From Deltaproteobacteria bacterium (GTDB taxonomy: Bacteria; SAR324; NAC60-12), in NCBI GenBank assembly GCA_038150265.1, contig JAYOTF010000002.1, positions 143,252 to 168,645 of the forward strand: 25,394 nucleotides of DNA. The letters are read 5' to 3'. How positions within the stretch are numbered: position 1 is the stretch's first letter; each line of letters opens with the position of its first letter. Under the pieces are notes generated by a model, which saw nothing but the letters and a program-made list of their open reading frames with translations, searched no databases and was not told the origin of the DNA. This document shows positions 23,608 to 25,394 of this stretch, piece by piece. A program made the position numbers and the translations under genes.

Positions 23608-25215
23608 AGCAAAGTCCTCCGGAACCTCTCCTTCCTCCCAAAATCCAATCCGGATGCCAAGCTGCAATGAGCGTCCCCGGCGGGCCACCAGTTCCCTCGA
23701 GGAGCGGGTGACGCGTTGGGAGTGCCTCAGGCTCCACTCCAGCAGCAACTCCTTCATTTCAGACACCACCCTGGTGTGAGCGGCGCTGGTGCCAAGGTCT
23801 TCCTGCTCCAGCGGATCTTCCTGCAAGTCATACAGAATCGGACGGAACCCCGGGGCATGGAGGTACTTCCAGCGCTCCGTGGCGACCATGAAAACCCGGG
23901 CGTCTTCAGGGGTCCGGCCCAGCGCCGAGGCCATGGGGGTGACGGTGTAGTCGTATTCGCTGAAGGCGACTCCCTTCAACGCCTGTCCCGGGCCCTGCCT
24001 CAGCACTGGCAGCAGAGATTGTCCCTCTAGCCGAGGATGCGGAAGCTCGGCGCCGAGTGCGTCCAGGAAGGTCGGGATGAGGTCGATGGCCTGCACCGGA
24101 GTGGCACAGACGGAGCCGCGAGTGGCCTCTGCCTCTGCAGACGGATCGTAGCAAATCAGCGGAATCCGGACGGAAGGCTCATGGAACCAGTCCTTTTCTC
24201 CGAGCCAGTGATCGCCGAGGTAGTCTCCGTGGTCCGAGGTGAAGACGATGAGCGTGTGCTCCCAAAGCCCCTGTTCCTGCAGGGCGTGGAAGACGCGTCC
24301 GAGGTGGTCATCCAGCTGCTTGATGAGGCCCATGTAGGTGGGGAGCACGTGCTCCCGGACGCCTTCGCGGGCAAAGGTCTGGCTGACGTGTGTGTTCATG
24401 AAGGCCCGGTAAACCGGATGCGCGGCCGCTCGCTCCTCAGGCGTCCGGACGCGTGGAATCAGGTCGTCTGCTCCGTAAAGCTGGTGATACGGCGCCGGTG
24501 CCAGGTAAGGCCAGTGGGGCTTGATGTAGGAAAGGTGCAGGCACCACGGCTCCGGATGCGTCTGGAAGAACTTGAGGGCCTGGTCGGTGGTGTAGGCGGT
24601 TTCGGAGTGGGCCTCATCGACCCGGGCCGGTCGGTGGGCGTGGCGCATGTACCAGCCTTCGAGCAACTCTCCTCCGGGGCCTTCGGCAGCGTTGGCCCAG
24701 TCGTTCCAGGGGTTTTTCCCCGCATAGCCCATTTGGTTGAGGTAGGCTTCATAAGCCGACTGCTCCGGGTTGTAACGTCCCGCAGGCCCTTCCGGGTAGA
24801 GCCCTTCCATGCGATCCAACACGTCAAATCCGCACTCCAGCAGCCGTTTCCCTTCCGGGGTCTTCAGGTTCACGCCCAGGCGCTGAAGCTCGGGAGTGTC
24901 GGGGTAGAAGTGAGTCTTTCCCACTAGCCAGGTCGCCCGCCCCTGTTGGCGGAGGTAGTCCCCAAGCGTCCACTCGCCGGGTCGGAGGGGGATGCCGTTC
25001 CAGGTGGCGCCATGCGACTGCGCGTAACGCCCGGTGTAGAACGACATCCGGGACGGGCCGCAGATGGGAGAGGCACAGTAGGCGCGGGTGAACCGGACGC
25101 CCTGGGAGGCCAGCCAGTCGAGGTGGGGCGTCTGGAGGGTGGGGTGCCCGTAGCAAGAGAGGTAGTCGGCCCGAAGTTGATCGGCCATGATGAATAAGAT
25201 GTTCCGGACTGCCAT
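23593..25215 (-). CDS. Sulfatase-family hydrolase (alkaline phosphatase superfamily; phosphonate monoester hydrolase-like)
   Basis: NILFIMADQLR, CGPSR (CxPxR formylglycine motif), SYIKPHWPY, FTSDHGDYLGDH, EK; no signal peptide. Confidence 0.92.
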   Translation of the reverse strand: MAVRNILFIMADQLRADYLSCYGHPTLQTPHLDWLASQGVRFTRAYCASPICGPSRMSFYTGRYAQSHGATWNGIPLRPGEWTLGDYLRQQGRATWLVGKTHFYPDTPELQRLGVNLKTPEGKRLLECGFDVLDRMEGLYPEGPAGRYNPEQSAYEAYLNQMGYAGKNPWNDWANAAEGPGGELLEGWYMRHAHRPARVDEAHSETAYTTDQALKFFQTHPEPWCLHLSYIKPHWPYLAPAPYHQLYGADDLIPRVRTPEERAAAHPVYRAFMNTHVSQTFAREGVREHVLPTYMGLIKQLDDHLGRVFHALQEQGLWEHTLIVFTSDHGDYLGDHWLGEKDWFHEPSVRIPLICYDPSAEAEATRGSVCATPVQAIDLIPTFLDALGAELPHPRLEGQSLLPVLRQGPGQALKGVAFSEYDYTVTPMASALGRTPEDARVFMVATERWKYLHAPGFRPILYDLQEDPLEQEDLGTSAAHTRVVSEMKELLLEWSLRHSQRVTRSSRELVARRGRSLQLGIRIGFWEEGEVPEDFASEAN

Positions 25216-25374
25216 CTGGGGGCTCCTGCAACCGTGTTCTGAAAAAGCGGCACTTTAGAAAAGCTGAGGGGGAACTTCAATCGGAAATGCACGCTGGCCT
25301 CGACTTCAAGTTGACGAAGCAGGCCCAGAGGTGAGAGGCTTCAGGTGTCTGAAAACTGATTTGCTGACTTTTCC

Positions 25375-25394
25375 AAGGAGGAACAACATGAGGC
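25375..25394 (+). other. Strong RBS and start of a gene running off the window
   Basis: AAGGAGG at 25375-25381 followed by ATG at 25388. Confidence 0.6.

Noticed and set aside
25216..25387. Possible riboswitch or sigma54 promoter in the divergent intergenic region
   Set aside because: Only fragmentary resemblance to glycine/TPP aptamer words; GGCAC is not followed by TTGC at the right spacing
1..25394. CRISPR array, tRNA, rRNA, transposase, integrase or prophage
   Set aside because: No regularly spaced direct repeats, cloverleafs or mobile-element protein motifs were seen

Overview
This is a GC-rich (roughly 60-63% by eye), gene-dense bacterial chromosomal window from a diderm (lipoboxes, MltA, SurA, beta-barrel-like proteins). 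A Deltaproteobacteria/SAR324-like origin is only a guess. It carries housekeeping and envelope genes: TetR regulator, Dabb protein, tyrS, recR, CopZ-like chaperone, fxsA, riboflavin synthase, mltA, an MMPL + LolA-like + outer-membrane barrel triad, a PEGA protein, udk, gloB, two lipoproteins, a SurA-like PPIase and a CxPxR sulfatase-family hydrolase. Several hypothetical genes are also present. I found no transposase, integrase, phage gene, tRNA, rRNA or CRISPR array. Three things stand out. (1) A ~1.05 kb gap with no credible CDS (15950-17004) contains a 755-nt segment closed by a perfect 14-bp long-range helix and largely tiled by nested helices with G-U pairs on the + strand; it is a candidate large structured ncRNA that I cannot assign to a known class. 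(2) The palindrome TCCGGA occurs about 80 times by hand count, roughly 9-fold over expectation, like cyanobacterial HIP1. (3) A 12-Cys secreted protein with a protist-like module sits between recR and tyrS. All structure calls and counts were made by eye.
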